DNA from: Iphione sp. A-MEVVRFRX5
Lineage: Eukaryota
Direction: 5' to 3'
Length of the DNA: 64,000 nt
NCBI GenBank assembly: GCA_976226885.1
Contig: OZ320313.1
Location: 93,000,001 to 93,064,000, forward strand
Each line of letters starts with the position of its first letter. Positions within the stretch are counted from its first letter, which is position 1. Below the pieces are notes generated by a model. That model searched no databases. It was not told where the DNA came from and was given only the letters and a program-made list of their open reading frames with translations. Both the position numbers and the translations under genes were made by a program. Of the stretch, positions 12,191-25,574 are shown piece by piece.

Positions 12191-13863
12191 GAGTGTCAAA
12201 CAAGGCCTTGCATATTTGCCTTTGGCGAACAAGCCACTACCATCATCTGGTGAGGAATAAATGAACTAAACCTGAAATGGTATCCAGATGTGTGCATTTG
12301 CGTACGGCGAACTAGTCACTACCGTGCCGATCAGTGAGCCGTTTACAAAAGTGTTCCAAACCTACACAGCCAATTTTGTATCCTGAGTGGTGGCCTCAGG
12401 TCCCCATTCAAGTTACAAAACCGCAACCAGTGAAACCACCCAAGGCGCTTGTTAAAAAAAATAACAACGAAAATAAAAATAACAACACTAGGGGTAAAGC
12501 GATGTGCAGTGTTTACAAAGACTTGTTTGCTGTCACGGTCGCCACAGCACTTCCTGCTCACACAACAACCGCTCCCTGACCATCGTTTGACCCACATCCG
12601 GGACAGAGTGTGCAGAGCCAGGCGGGAGATCGGGAGGTCTAATGGTGAAGAGATAGGAAGAAATCCAGACAAAGAACCCACGTTTAAAACGTTCTGTACC
12701 CGTACGTATCATACGAGGACACTAAGGTATATGTATGGCAGTGTTTAGTCCTATTTCAATGGTGTTTTGCTACGAAAAGTCCTTGGTCATTGACCAGGAC
12801 TTTACAAAGCATGCTACTCCATCATGGCTGTCTTTTTGTTCGGTACCCCGGCGACGGTAACTTGGTGAAAATGTCTACCTTGCAGTGCACTGTCCGTACT
12901 TTGTCATCGTGTTAATATATCAGGGTGTGTCTACATGAGGGTGTAATGAAAATGTGTGAATTATATTGTTGCAGTGGTTAGTTTATTACGTGTAAGTGGA
13001 TATTGGATGGTTCTATCAGGAATCTGGATTAGTGGGGAGGGTTCCATGTTTAATAACGAAGTAAAAACCGACATTCACACTGTCTCATTTCGTCGTTCCT
13101 AAATTAAATATATAGATATTACGTTCATGTTGTCGACATTGTTCTGCTTAAACTGATTGCAAACACAACCACCATTTACATTGCTAGTCGAAATACATTG
13201 GTAGATTTTATACCAGTACCAGTCATAACGGCAGTCGAAACGCCATCTGGTCCAAATGTCAATAGTTTAGTCAAAACATCAGTGGTCACTCGTCCAAATG
13301 TAGACAAAAAATGGACGACTGTATAAAGCCGCCGATTCCCGCTGTGCAACAAGTACAGAAGGAAGTTTGAGAGAGACACAGACAGACAGATACTGAGACA
13401 CACACACGTACATACATGTACATGTACACATACATATCTACATAGGTTTTTGACCTACACATGCATCCTGGGTTTCACTCTACTTGTTTTCATGTAATTA
13501 TATGTCAGTCTTAGAGGCTTTTTAAATCATGGACAGTTACATATGTTCTCGGTGCAAAAAGGTTAAACTGCAGAAAACAAAAAAAATATGACATTTATTT
13601 ACAAATCTGCCAGGGTGTATCACTACATCTGAATTGATTTTTTAACAAAGAAATTTTATGAAACAAAGCACCTCCGGCACTGATTCGGGTACATACCTGC
13701 CAAATTCTGGTATAAACCTGCTGAATTTGGATATAAACCTTCTGAAAGCAAATGGTTATTGGCACGCCAATGTGCTGCTACAACGCAGGGATAACCAAGA
13801 GCTGAGACGGCCATCTAAGGTGTCGCAGGGGACAGCACCCAGTAAAGAAGCTTGGGGTTGTGG

Positions 13864-14005
13864 NNNNNNNNNNNNNNNNNNNNNNNNNNNNNNNNNNNNN
13901 NNNNNNNNNNNNNNNNNNNNNNNNNNNNNNNNNNNNNNNNNNNNNNNNNNNNNNNNNNNNNNNNNNNNNNNNNNNNNNNNNNNNNNNNNNNNNNNNNNNN
14001 NNNNN
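13864..14005. other. Assembly gap
   Basis: Run of N. Confidence 1.
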
Positions 14006-14089
14006 GTGCGTACCTGTGTGTGTGTGCATGCAAGAGCTGAAGGTGGTTCTAAGGATAGAAATTACCAGATATCAAGCTGCGACTAAGGC

Positions 14090-14560
14090 ATCTACTTTAT
14101 CGCAACCCCAACACATCCGAATTCAAAGCCTCAGGTGAAAAACTGGAATGTAGGTAGATCCACTGCCTAAAAATGGTTATCCCTAGTGGCTTGAAGCTTT
14201 TGACCGATCGCCCTTTTACGTTATTATGATGCAAAATAAAGTGAAACAATTGGTAACTGGTAGAGAGACTACGACAGGTCAGGTGTTGAAGTGCGACTAC
14301 CCACATGCTGCTGCTAAAGAATTTAGGTAGGGTGTGTCTTTCCAACACCAAAACACCCAGTTCTATTAGTCTGATTTTAATAAAATTTATATCAAATTAA
14401 AGCCAAGGATCTAAGGAAGAAGTTGGTATACAGATTGTCTTTCTATCTTCACTTACAATGAAGTTACAGCCTTGTAAAGTTTTCCCATGATCTCGCAATG
14501 TAAATGACATAAATTTCACCGTGAGTGTAAACAACGTCATTCTACCGCAAAACGACAGAG
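14090..14560 (+). mobile_element. Fragment of a DNA-transposon-like dispersed repeat (copy 1)
   Basis: Inverted homology to 30940-31400: aaggatctaagg/ccttagatcctt, gaagttacagcc/gctgtaacttc, gtctttcc/ggaaagac, gagactacgacag/ctgtcgtagcctc. Confidence 0.6.
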
Positions 14561-17453
14561 AAGGGTGATCGGTCAATTGGATTAAACATGGGCTCTGCTG
14601 ATGTCATCTTATATGTTCACAAGTGCCTTCAGCGCCTGCACCGGTTGGTGAGTGTGTGTGTGTGGGGGGGGATGTCAGAGACTGGGGGGGGGTCAAAGTA
14701 CAGACTGCTCTGGCCTTTTACAACCCTCGGTTCTGCTTGACTGGACAGAGGGGGGCAGGAATACTCCTCTGTGTGTAGAAAATAGGGCCACATGTGTCAT
14801 ATGTTTTAAGTAATAGGCATTTTAAACACACAAAAGATGAATAATCACATCTAACTTTTATTAAAATGTCCCCTTGGACCTAGCAGTATAAAAAATAAGG
14901 TATATCTTTAAAACCACATCACTATGAGAGCACAGGTGTAGTGATATAAACTCTTGCAAGATGTCTGCCACCATGGCCGTACTACTTTCGGGCAACGTTT
15001 TATATGTGTAGTGTAACAAGCGCCTTTGGCACTTGCACTCCTAGGGCAAGGCTGTCTGTACTTTGACCTCTCCCCCCATCTCTGACACACCTCCCCGTCA
15101 CACACAGGGAGGCACTTCAAAGGCCAGGGACAACCCTCAGTTCTGCATGACTGACCACAGGCCCAATGACATGAAGTAGGATACATCAACCTGAAGAAGT
15201 AGTCCCACATTTTTTTCAGTTTCTTTCCTACTCTCTCTTATGTTACAAATTATATGCAAATCTGCATTATTTTAAAAACATTAAAATAATCAGATGAAAG
15301 ACAACCATTAACTTTGCATTTGATGAAGTTTCCCACAGTCTCACAGCAGTGAGATCTCCTCCCCATGGCTGGACTACTTTCAGACAATGTTTTATATAGG
15401 TAGTGTAACCATATCTTTACTTCCTGATCCCGACTGACTGGTACATGGCCCACAGGTCGTCTGTCTAGACCCTAACATGAACAGACCAGGTCATGCCACT
15501 CTCAGTTGTTTCTTTAAACATGTATGCCAATAATGGTACGTAGGTGGCCCCTTGGTCCACTGAGTAGCTATAACAGACCATGATTTCATTTGTTCCATAT
15601 GTCAGACATGTAGTCCACAGGATGGAACAAAAAACAATGACGACCTTCATATCCTTTATTTAAAGAAAAACATAGTGCCTAATAAGACTCTACAATCGAC
15701 ACCACTGACTGAGCACAACACTTTGTCTAGTGCGACCTCATCAGCTACACCCAGTCTATACTATTGGTAATACTATTGGTAATGACACATCTATTTGGAA
15801 AATAATGCAGTGTTAGAAGCGCCCTGTGAGATACCAAAGGTGCATGATCCATCCAATGGAAACACTTGTCCATATGACTTGATTTTTTTGTTTCATTAGT
15901 GGTGGTGCAAAACAATCATCACACAAGGTTCGTTAAAGCGACATAAGGCTCGCACTGTATAACAAGCATGAGAGATGGGGTCAGATGATCATCTCCCACC
16001 ACACAAACTGTCATTGGATGACAACTTGGAAGTGTCTGTTAATATGCTCGAGATGGTTAGCAAGTTCACCACCGAACATGGCAAGCTGAATAAGCTAAGG
16101 GCAGGTAAACTTAACTGCAGAGGATGATAAAGACATGGTTTAGCAGCAATGGTACTAGTGGAGTACCCTGTTCCAGTCTTCCACCTCATCACCTGGTCAA
16201 CATCAGGATGTTGGTATGAGGAATACCAAGAAGTAAATTTGGCAGGTTCTAAACTTAAAAATCAGTCCGCAAGGTTCATGTTTAGAAAAGACCTTCAGAC
16301 CCCGAAGTGAAAAATGTCTATGGAATCAACTTGGAGTTAGATTTCTTAAGCCATTTAAACTACTTCAGATTATTAAAGTTGCATTAGTTGGTGGTTTGAA
16401 ATTGTCCGAAAAATTGCCTCTTAGATACAAGTTAGCCCTGAACGTCAAAGGGGTTCGAAGGATGGGGGACAAGTTGTATAAGTCTCTCACGCCCAAGGTT
16501 GCTGAGTATGGCACTGGAATATACATGTATACTCATTTATTTGCCTGCCTGATGGTATATTTCATGCAGCTAGAGTGTGTGCTGTTTGACATGCAACATC
16601 ATTTAAGTCCAGGCTGGCACATATTTAGGGCAAATATAGAGGTAAAATGATAAATCACAAATACGCACGTGAGGGTTTCCTTTGTGAAGTGCGACATAAA
16701 TTGCTCAAAGAAACCCTCTGTTACCATTGTAATACACCTTTTCCATTGAATATTCTTAAGTGACACGTAGTTATGTCACCATACCAAGGCCACGTGCAAC
16801 TTTTCACACACACGGTGGTTTGTTGATACACCTTGTTGAAGGTCACATGACCACTATGTGACTACTTATGTTAATATGCAGTTGGCTTTTCATGCGGGAC
16901 TATGTGAAAATTACTGTCACTGGCTGAAACCAAAAATGAGCACCTGCGCAATCACGGAACACACCGTCTGAACACAAAATATTTTAGATGCACATTATCT
17001 GATACCACTAATTACATAATTACTCTTATAAGGATTCCGTTAAAAATTCTGCATTTTTAAGTGCATATGTATTTTACTTAATAAGAACTGACGTAAAGAA
17101 AACCCCAGTGTAATGTCAAATTTAAATGCAATGACCCAAATTTAAATAAACCGGATATTTGCTATGCTTTAGGATAGCTATTCTGTTTTGATATGCAATT
17201 TTTTTTCTCATTCCTTTTCATTTCATGATAAAATCTACGAAGTGTCAAATGTTAAACTGTCCTTGACACTCTGTGGATGGTTGAGAGAGGACGACGGCAG
17301 CGCCCCGTGGAGCGATTACTGCGTTACTTGAACCTCCGTCTTCCCAGCAGGCCTGACGCCCCGCTTACACCGTGGGGTCTCTAATACAGCTCAGGTGGTC
17401 GGCAGGGATGAGGAAGTGTCTGCTGCTACTACTCCTGGAGTGATACAGTCAGG

Positions 17454-18470
17454 ATGAAGCCCGACCAGGAACGAGTCAACAACCTTTTACGTGACACGGT
17501 GACGCTGTTGTGTAAGAATGGCCTCACGTACACAGACGAGCTGCGAGTCGAGGCTCTCATAGGAGTCACTGTCGACAGTAGCGACGTATTCCTCGTGCAT
17601 ATCAATGAACGGTTCGGCCCGGGTAGTGAGACCCGTCCCCAGGTAACGGTTGCCGCCGTCGCCTCCTCAGAAACTACAGGTCAGGATTCCTCCGGTCGTA
17701 GTGAGGTGGCACCCAACAATGCGACAACCAGTAGAGACAATACACCGGCACCTGCCCCGCGGACAGGCTCTGGCAGTGATAATGGCGCGACCCCCAGTAC
17801 AGGTTGGGCCCGGTCGGCTGCCAGTGCGGGAGGTAGTGCAGGCGCTCAGGTGGATCTCAGCAAGGTCAAATTAGAGACAGTTGACAGCAAGGAGGCAGTT
17901 GAGGAATGTTTCATGGTGCGGCCACCACAGACTGTTGCGAGGCGAGCAGATGTGGTGGCCGGTCAGCGACGGGTGCTTAGTAGTAGTGGGTCGCGGAGTT
18001 CGCCGCACCCACGGACTCCAGCTCAGGGGGATGACGCGCAGGCCATGCGTCAGCAGTATGCCCAAAGCGCGAGTGACAGTTCGTTCACAGACTACGACCC
18101 TGACTCAGGAGAACCACCACTGAAGATTAAACGGCTAGAAGACGATGACGACGGGGACGTCAGTCCAAGCAATGCCCAGTCAGCCAGTGCCAGCAGAGAC
18201 GAGGAGGATGTAAGCTACTACAGTGGAACAGGAGGTGGCGGAGGAGGAGGGGGTCGTGGATCTGCGGGGGGCAGTGCGGGAGGGGCAGGAGCCGGCTCGC
18301 AGTGGCCAAACCTGGCTGATATTGCAGCCCACCAGATGTCCTTCCAGGAGTCGAGTGGAGATGGTGGTTCGGGAACAGACGCCAACTCGATGCCTGGCTG
18401 TTCCACCTGGCCCGTCCAAAGCGGTAACCAGCGTGGCATGGCAACCGTGGGTCACCAAGGAGGCAATCTG
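17454..18470 (+). CDS. Common coding exon of an alternatively spliced zinc-finger transcription factor (339 codons, phase-0 donor CTG|GTAAGC)
   Basis: In-frame stop at 17409, then ATG at 17454. Ordered N-terminal ~55 aa (LLRDTVTLLCKNGL...ELRVEALIGVTVDSSDVFLVHINERF), then a disordered S/G linker with VKLE (SUMO-type) and PPLKIKRL (NLS-like). GT at 18471; 1017 nt is a multiple of 3. Confidence 0.85.
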
Positions 18471-18898
18471 GTAAGCTCCCTCTCTTATCACCTTCACCAC
18501 TCTATCAAGCATTGTCCAAGGAAGTCCGGTACTTGTCTTTTGTAACTAATACGTAGGAAGATTTGGAAGTTTTGTCACGAAAGTTATTTACTCTTCTATC
18601 CGTGGTTACCTACAGATTCAAAAAATCCCGCTGACCTGTTATTTGGAAGCCCAGAATAAGATATTTGTAGTGGGTATTGGAGCAAATGTCCAGACGAAGT
18701 AAAATTTGCCAGAAAATACTAAATGTAATGTAAAATGTAAAATAAAATGCTGGTTCGGATTTAGTAGCCGCACATTTGCTGCAGTGCCACACTTGACGAC
18801 CCTGCTTTCCATTGTGACAGCACATTTTAACATTTTTGAGGGATATTCTCACTGAAAGTTTTTGAAAAACTACATTTACATTTTAAGCTAAAAAGATG

Positions 18899-19256
18899 CC
18901 CCGTGCAACACGGTTCTGCGAACCAGAACAGGCTCTTACCTTGGATACCTGGAAATTTCTTTAAATTCTACATTTTGATGTTTTAGTCGCATGCAACTCG
19001 AGTTTTGTCACAAGATTTGAAGATCATAATTCCCTTTTTCAGTTTTTAGTTCATAATTCCCTTTTTCAGTTTTTGAATGAGATTGTTGAATATTCATCGT
19101 GTTTAAATTCGCTGAGGAGCCAGAGAACATGCGTCAGGCATACTTAAGGTCATTTTTAAACCACAGATTTATATGTGAAATCAAGACTCGATTTTTGAAT
19201 TAAAATTGTTAAGCGAGTCATATGAGGGTAAATGTAGAGCCATGTTGCATAACGGG
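18899..19256. mobile_element. Non-autonomous DNA element (MITE) with imperfect TIRs
   Basis: Left end cccgtgcaacacggttct; reverse complement of the right end is cccgttatgcaacatggctct. Confidence 0.55.
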
Positions 19257-20423
19257 ATGGATGCCCTTGGATACTGTTTTGTAGTTAACCTTTCTTGTGA
19301 GAAGACAAAATTAAATCGATTATTTCTTTGTTAGCTCCTGACATATATATGCGGAATTCCTGCTGACATGTCTTTTGTACGAATGCACGTAATTTGTTCA
19401 CGATTATGTTGAATTTCGACTTATAAATAAGTAAATTGTAAATGAATGACAGTCATTGATAGTGCTTGACCAATGTCAGAAAGTCGATTCTCGTCATTTA
19501 ATGATGTTATATATCAATGTAAGTTATCCAAGTATATATATGTCTTTGTTATGAAATATTTTTTGACACAGTGATATGTATGTTGCCTGGATGGAGGTGG
19601 AATGAAACATCATACTGTATTACAATGAAACTTGGGAAGAGACAATGTCGGGGAAAAATCAAAGCAACATTTTTTGGAACGAGGTGCTCGGGTGTTTTTA
19701 TGCCACTAAATTGTGTCTGTTTTGTTATTATATCAATCTTATGTTGTGGATTTTTTTTCAACAAAACAGAAAGTTAGCAGACATTTGATAGTGATTTTCC
19801 CCTATTTGTCTTCAGGACATATAACCAAACGGATAGCTCCTGGGTGCTGAGGGATTGGATTGCTCTATTAGTAATAACTCCTCTCACAAACATGCCTGGT
19901 GATCTTGTAGCTCCCTGAACTCCTTCCTGACCACCTAAAATGGAGTAATTTGAAGAGGTAAATGCTGCTGAACATAGCTTAGGTCTACTTTACTGTCTCT
20001 CTGGTGGAGGCAGCAGGTGATATTACCACTCCTTCCATGCCGTGGCGCTGTCAGATCTGCTGTCTGCACGACTTCTTTATTTGCTCAGCAGTCCGGGTAC
20101 AGCAAATATTTTGATTCTTAGTAAATTGATATGATTTTCATGCTCGTTTTTGCTGTGTCGGTTATGTTATTAATGGAGGTCACATCTGCTGTAGTTCTGT
20201 CAGTGGTAGCGGATGATGTGACCTCCAATAAGGCTGTGTTCATATGCATCCGTTTTTTTCTGAAAAGGGAGACGGATCAGTAGCACTTGTACTACTCTGT
20301 ACACATGTATCCGTTTCAAAACGGATCCGGCTCCATGCCCGTTTTCAATAGGAAACAATGTTGAAGATACATCTGGTGAGCACATGCAAGGAATAAATAC
20401 GGATACCCTGGGGGGGGGGGTAA

Positions 20424-20733
20424 GGCCGTGTACACATGTATCCGTAGAAATGAAACGTCTACGGATCCGCGGACGTGAAATACCACCTGCTGATCCGTTT
20501 TTTATTGCCAACACATGTACACCAGATGTCCCCTCAACATTGTTTCCTATGAGAAAATGGATGGGTATCTGTGAAAAATCCGTCGGCAACGGTTTCAGAA
20601 AACGTCTATGGATCCGTAGCCGTTTTGTTACGGATACATGTGAACACTATAGTACAATTCCTATGAAAGTGATGAAAAACGTCTACAGATCCGTATCCGT
20701 TTTCAAAAAATACGGATACATGTGTACACCACC
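20424..20733. mobile_element. PIF/Harbinger-type MITE with TAA target duplication, nested in related sequence (~20250-20900)
   Basis: taa|ggccgtgtacacatgtatccgta ... tacggatacatgtgtacaccacc|taa. Confidence 0.75.
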
Positions 20734-21743
20734 TAATCTACATTCACGGACCCGTAGTCGCTTTTTTCCTACGAATACATGTGTACACCTCCTTATTTGG
20801 AGTAGTCATCAAACGGTAAAGGTGAGAGAGGCCTATCCTTTGATGTCCGAGCCGGCATCAAGGCTGTTTACACTACCTATTAAAAACGTCTCCCAAAAGT
20901 AGTCCGTCCCCATGAAGTCTCATCTCCTGGTAGTGTTGTCTTGGAAAAGTACACTTTTTTTGTATACATCCATTTATGACAAAATAATATAGAGACAGAC
21001 TGTAACTCTACCTCGCTGCTTCTTCACCAGAAGGCAGCAGGTGATATAGCGGCCCTGCCACGAGCTCATGCATGCACATTCAGTTAGCGTCACCTCTCTG
21101 AGCTGCTCACATGTAAATAAGTACAATTCTGTATATTTTTCGAATTTTAGAGCATTCAGTTACACAATCACTGCGCTAAGTGATTAACATATACAATTTC
21201 AGTAAATTCTTATGTATCAGACATGTTTTTGACATGTATCTGTGCTATCCTAATCGAAATCAACAAGTTTCTTGTGTAGTGAGTCGCATGTGTTTATACT
21301 AACGGTTGAACCTGCTCTATTGTTACACTGTCAATACGCTAAGTCGACAACCTACACAAATTTCAATGTAATTTCCCTAATTTTACTTAATAAGAGAGCT
21401 ACATACCCTGGTATTATTGTAAAACTCCCTGAACTTACTGATTAGGAGAGTCTTTTACCCTGGTTTCGTTGTAAAGAGAGCCACTTACCCTGGTTTCATT
21501 GTAATAGTTCCCTGAATTAGTTGAATAAGAGAACTACCTACCCTGTATTGGTTGTAAGCACCCTGTGAAACCTCAAATTCATTGAGAGAGCTCCATCACT
21601 ACTGGTCTTAAACTTATCACCACAGTGGGTTAAGGCTAAGCCTTTGTGCTACAGTGAGGCCTCTGTGCCACGGTTTTATGCTTTTTTAATGAGTGGGCAT
21701 ATTAGTGCTACTGTCACGGACGCACACATTTTAAATCAGAAGA

Positions 21744-22400
21744 GTGCTTGTGCATGGAAAGCACAAAGAACCCACTCAGTGCTCGCAGGCTTTCACTTGC
21801 CGTGGGTCAGAACCTGGCAGACGCACCCCTCCACAGGACCAGCCTGAAGAACCTGCACCAAAAAGGAAAGGGGCATCAAAAGCCAGCACGGAGAAGGGCA
21901 AACAGTCAGAAGCAAGGACGACCCCTGCCAGCCAAGATGCACCGGCTGTTCTCGATGCTATCATTGCACTCAACAAGACTTTGATGGGCTTCAGGACTGA
22001 TATGGGAGGCTTTCACTACAACTTTCGAGGCAACTTTGATGCACTCACCAATGCAAACTCCGGATTTGAAGGCCTGTACGATGCAGAGGTAGAAGAGCCA
22101 GCCTCAGCCACTAGGACTCAACCCACACAGGAAGGAGCCAATGTGTCAAGAGCGCTGATAGACACACTCTTCAAGGACAACACAGACACCCTTATTTCCG
22201 ATGACTCTTATGGCGACGTCTTCACAGAGTATAAACAAGAATTTTACTTCACTGAGCGCAAGGGGCCCGCAATCAAAATGGACGTGGTCAAGTTTTTCGA
22301 TGAGCACCGGCTAAAGGTGTGGAAGGGTGAGGAAATGCAAAGGATGCGAATCCCTACCTGCCCCCGACCAACTGTGAAAGCCTACAGGTCAGGAAGGTGA
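21744..22400 (+). pseudogene. DIRS copy 1 gag-like ORF fragment
   Basis: 218-aa ORF in the gag position upstream of RT. Assigned mainly by position. Confidence 0.55.
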
Positions 22401-23137
22401 ACGAAGCGATATGGCTGACTCTGTCTAAGCCCTTTTAATCCAGGGAAAAAGGCATTCCAGAAAGCACAAAGTATCCTCCGCATCGGACAAGCAGCGCTCA
22501 TCCAGGGAATGACCATCATCCTGGAGCAGGCGCAGAAGAACAAGGAGATAAAAAAAAAAAGCAGTGAAACCACTACTAGATGCCTTCGCCTTACTAGGAG
22601 CATTAAACGCGGAGACGATCAGGGCTAGATGAACCAATGTCCAATTCGCACCGAAACCCAAGTACCGCAGGCTGGCATTGGACGAACATCCACCGTCACA
22701 TAAGCATCTGTTTTGGGAAAATCTCTCCCTCATATTGCTGGAAGCAGTTAACAAGCTCACAACAAAGGTAAAGCTGTCCCGTGGCCAAGGACGACGAGGG
22801 AGAGGACGTGGAAGCAGAGCTGGATGAGGGCGAGGCTGTTTCCATCCATTTCACCTCCCCACATATAGGCACCACTACCGCCATAGCTACAATAAGCTGA
22901 ACCAACAGCCAACAGACAAGCATGATTTTCAGGTGAGACCAGCGAAGAAATAGGCACTAATAGCTTCGTGGTTGGGTAGTCTAACACAAAATTCAATCTT
23001 GGCATAGCATCACCTCTGACCAAACCGTACTTGACATCATAACAGGTATCACTCTAACTTTCCAATCCCAGCTACTTGCTAGACGTTTTCTTCGCCTACT
23101 ATGTTTTACTCCGTATGAAAGTTCCCAAATAGATGGC

Positions 23138-24470
23138 ATGGTTGAAGATCTACAAAAGGGGGTCATCGTCCCCGATGAACTACTGTCGCCTTTCCAATAC
23201 CAAATTTTCCCATGTGCTAAATCAGACTCAGTCTGCATTATCCTAGATCTTTTGATCTTCAATACTTTCATGCCCTTTATCCATTTCAAAATGTATACTT
23301 TTGAGTCAGTGACCCAATCACTAAACAAACATTGCTGGATAGCCTCTCTTGACATAGCGCTTACCCCACAGTAGCAGTAGATCCTGAGTACCAGAAATAC
23401 CTAGCTTTCTCTTGGGGGTCCCGGGCTTTTCTTTACACAGTGATGCCCTTTGGCTTAACTTCAGCACCAAGGCTCTGAACTGCTCAAGCCACCCCTAGCC
23501 CTCTTACATGAAGAGGGGCATGACGTTATAGCATACTTAGATGACCTGCTAGTAGTAGCATCTTTACAGATGGCATGCTCAGTCTCAATTGTCAGAGTCA
23601 CAACCATATCTGAACTCAGCTTTGCCATAAATTGGAACAAAGTGGTAAAGCATTGGAAGAGGACAAGATCCGAACCCTGATACGTCACAGGAAGAACTTT
23701 GAAGCACCTATGACACTCTCCTTAGATAGTTGTGAAGACCTACACTGGTGGTTACATCATGCCACTTCTCCATCCAGACCAATTCGAGTGCATGTCCCCA
23801 AAGAGATACTAACCACAGAAGCATCAGGGCTCAGCTGGGGCGCTGTTACCCAGACAGAGGCTGCAGGGGGGAAGTGGCTACCAGAAGAGCAGATGTGGCA
23901 CATTAATGCCCTAGAACTTAAGGCCATTTTATTAGGCCTCAAAAGCTTTTTCTTGATAAGACAGAATTTCTAACTTTAGATCAGATCAGACAACACCACG
24001 GCTATAGCACACGTCAATAAACAGGACAGTACAAAGTCTTTTATCTGTGACCGCTTAGCCAGAAAAATTTGGGCCTTCCTAGAGGCCAGACATGCCTGGG
24101 CGGTTGCCTTGTATATTCCAGGTGTCGAAAATCCAGAGGCTGACTTCCTCTCGAGACATTTTAACAAGGACATGGAATGGCAACTCAACCCTGATCTGTT
24201 CAAAAACCTTACGGATGCATAGGGCACACCAGACATAGATCTCTTCGCATCCAGAGCAACCAAACAAATAGCAACATATGCTAGCTGGAAGCCAGACCCT
24301 GATGCAGCTTTTATTGATGCCTTCACTCTTGACTGGAAACAATTCAAATTCATTTATGTTTCCATTTTTTTTGTTTATTTCCAGGGCCCTACAGAAACTG
24401 CAATATGACCAGACCAAAGAGATGGTGGTAGTCCTGCATTGGCAAGCCCAATGATGGTATGGGAAGATAC
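23138..24470 (+). pseudogene. DIRS copy 1 RT / RNase H / N6-adenine methyltransferase-like region
   Basis: WIASLDIA, VMPFGLTSAPR, IAYLDDLL (~23530), TEASGLSWGA...HINALELKAI, RSDNTTA, DLFASRAT...WKPDPDAAFIDAFTLDW. Frameshifts and stops present. Confidence 0.88.
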
Positions 24471-24610
24471 ACCAGAACCTGCTGCGACAGACAATTTTGT
24501 TCCCAGCAGGCTGACAAAACCTGTTAAATGTCTACAACACAACAGACACCCGCAGCATCAGCTCGATCCTTCTGCCGGCAGCACTCTTCTAAAGAGACAT
24601 CGATAAGTCA

Positions 24611-25574
24611 TTGGCTAAAAACCCATTTTGCAAATATATGATGCACTCATTGCGCAAATCCACAAGAAAACAATATGCATCCTACCAAAACAGATGGCAC
24701 ACCTACTGTGTCCAACACAATATCGACCCACTCAAAACCAGAACTGGAACAAGCCCTTATATTCCTTCACCACCTGTTCAAAGCAGGTCTCAGCTACAGT
24801 GCCCTAAACACAGCCAGGAGTGCACTATCAGCTATCATCAAATGCTTCCGTAAGATCCCCTTCGGATAGCACTGGCTGACCACCAGAGTAATGGCAGGGA
24901 TGTTTAATCTAAGACACCACAGGCACGCCTGGAGCACACATGGGAGGTGGAGCTAGTACTTGACTTCCTACGTGACTGGTTACCGATCGACACACTGTCC
25001 CTCAAACTCCTCACACTCAAAACTACCCTCCTTTTACTCGTGGCATTGTGTGGTCAACTATGAATCGTAATGTGGATCTAGACAACATCCACGAAGTAGG
25101 CCAAGGCAGACTGCAAATAAACTTCAGCACACCGCTCAAACACAACAGGGCAAACAAACAGCCAAGCAGATTAATCTTAACACAACAGGGCAAACAAACA
25201 GCCAAGCAGAATAATCTTAACACAACAGGGCAAACAAACAGCCCAGCAGATTAATCTTAACACTGTTCAAACAAGACCCTTCACTCTGTGTCGTCACTCA
25301 CATTTTGGCATACCTAGCTAGAACAAAGGACATCAGAAGTGACGACAAGGCCCTTTTCATCAGCTATATACCACCTTACAAGTCAGTCAGTCAACGTAAG
25401 CAAGGTGGGTCAAGGATGTCATGTTCAGAGCCGGCATTGACACGACTACTTTTACTGCCCACAGGACCCAGGCAGCATCAGCATCAAAACTCTTTGCCTT
25501 GGGACTACCCATCCAAGAAATACTCAAGTGAGGCATGTAGTCAGACAAGAACACTTTCAGACAGTTTTTCCTGA
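24611..25574 (+). pseudogene. DIRS copy 1 tyrosine recombinase, disrupted
   Basis: GLSYSALNTARSALS, LKLLTLKT and an ASASKLFALGLPIQEIL-type C-terminal box; frameshifts and a 40-bp triplication. Confidence 0.85.
25139..25263. repeat. 40-bp tandem triplication inside the YR gene
   Basis: cacaacagggcaaacaaacagccaagcagattaatcttaa x3, nearly identical copies. Confidence 0.95.

Noticed and set aside
9362-12232. Long ORFs (up to 387 aa) rich in Leu/Ser/Pro or repeated motifs
   Set aside because: They are translations of the 41-bp minisatellite and the GA-rich tract, some spanning N gaps.
12700-12900. Possible promoter or first non-coding exon of the zinc-finger gene
   Set aside because: Only a weak CpG cluster and a donor-like ACG|GTAACT; it cannot be supported without transcript data.
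14908-15210. Cys-rich 100-aa ORF on the - strand as an antisense finger exon (mod(mdg4)-style trans-splicing)
   Set aside because: No C2H2 spacing. It overlaps a repeat motif (ggcaacgttttatat..tgtagtgt) also found at ~61780, so it is probably transposon subterminal DNA. No - strand finger exon was found.
17650-18512. Overlapping alternative-frame and antisense ORFs
   Set aside because: Shadow ORFs of the GC-rich common exon.
20200-20902. 129-aa and 172-aa ORFs
   Set aside because: They lie in palindromic Harbinger MITE sequence and contain no protein motif.
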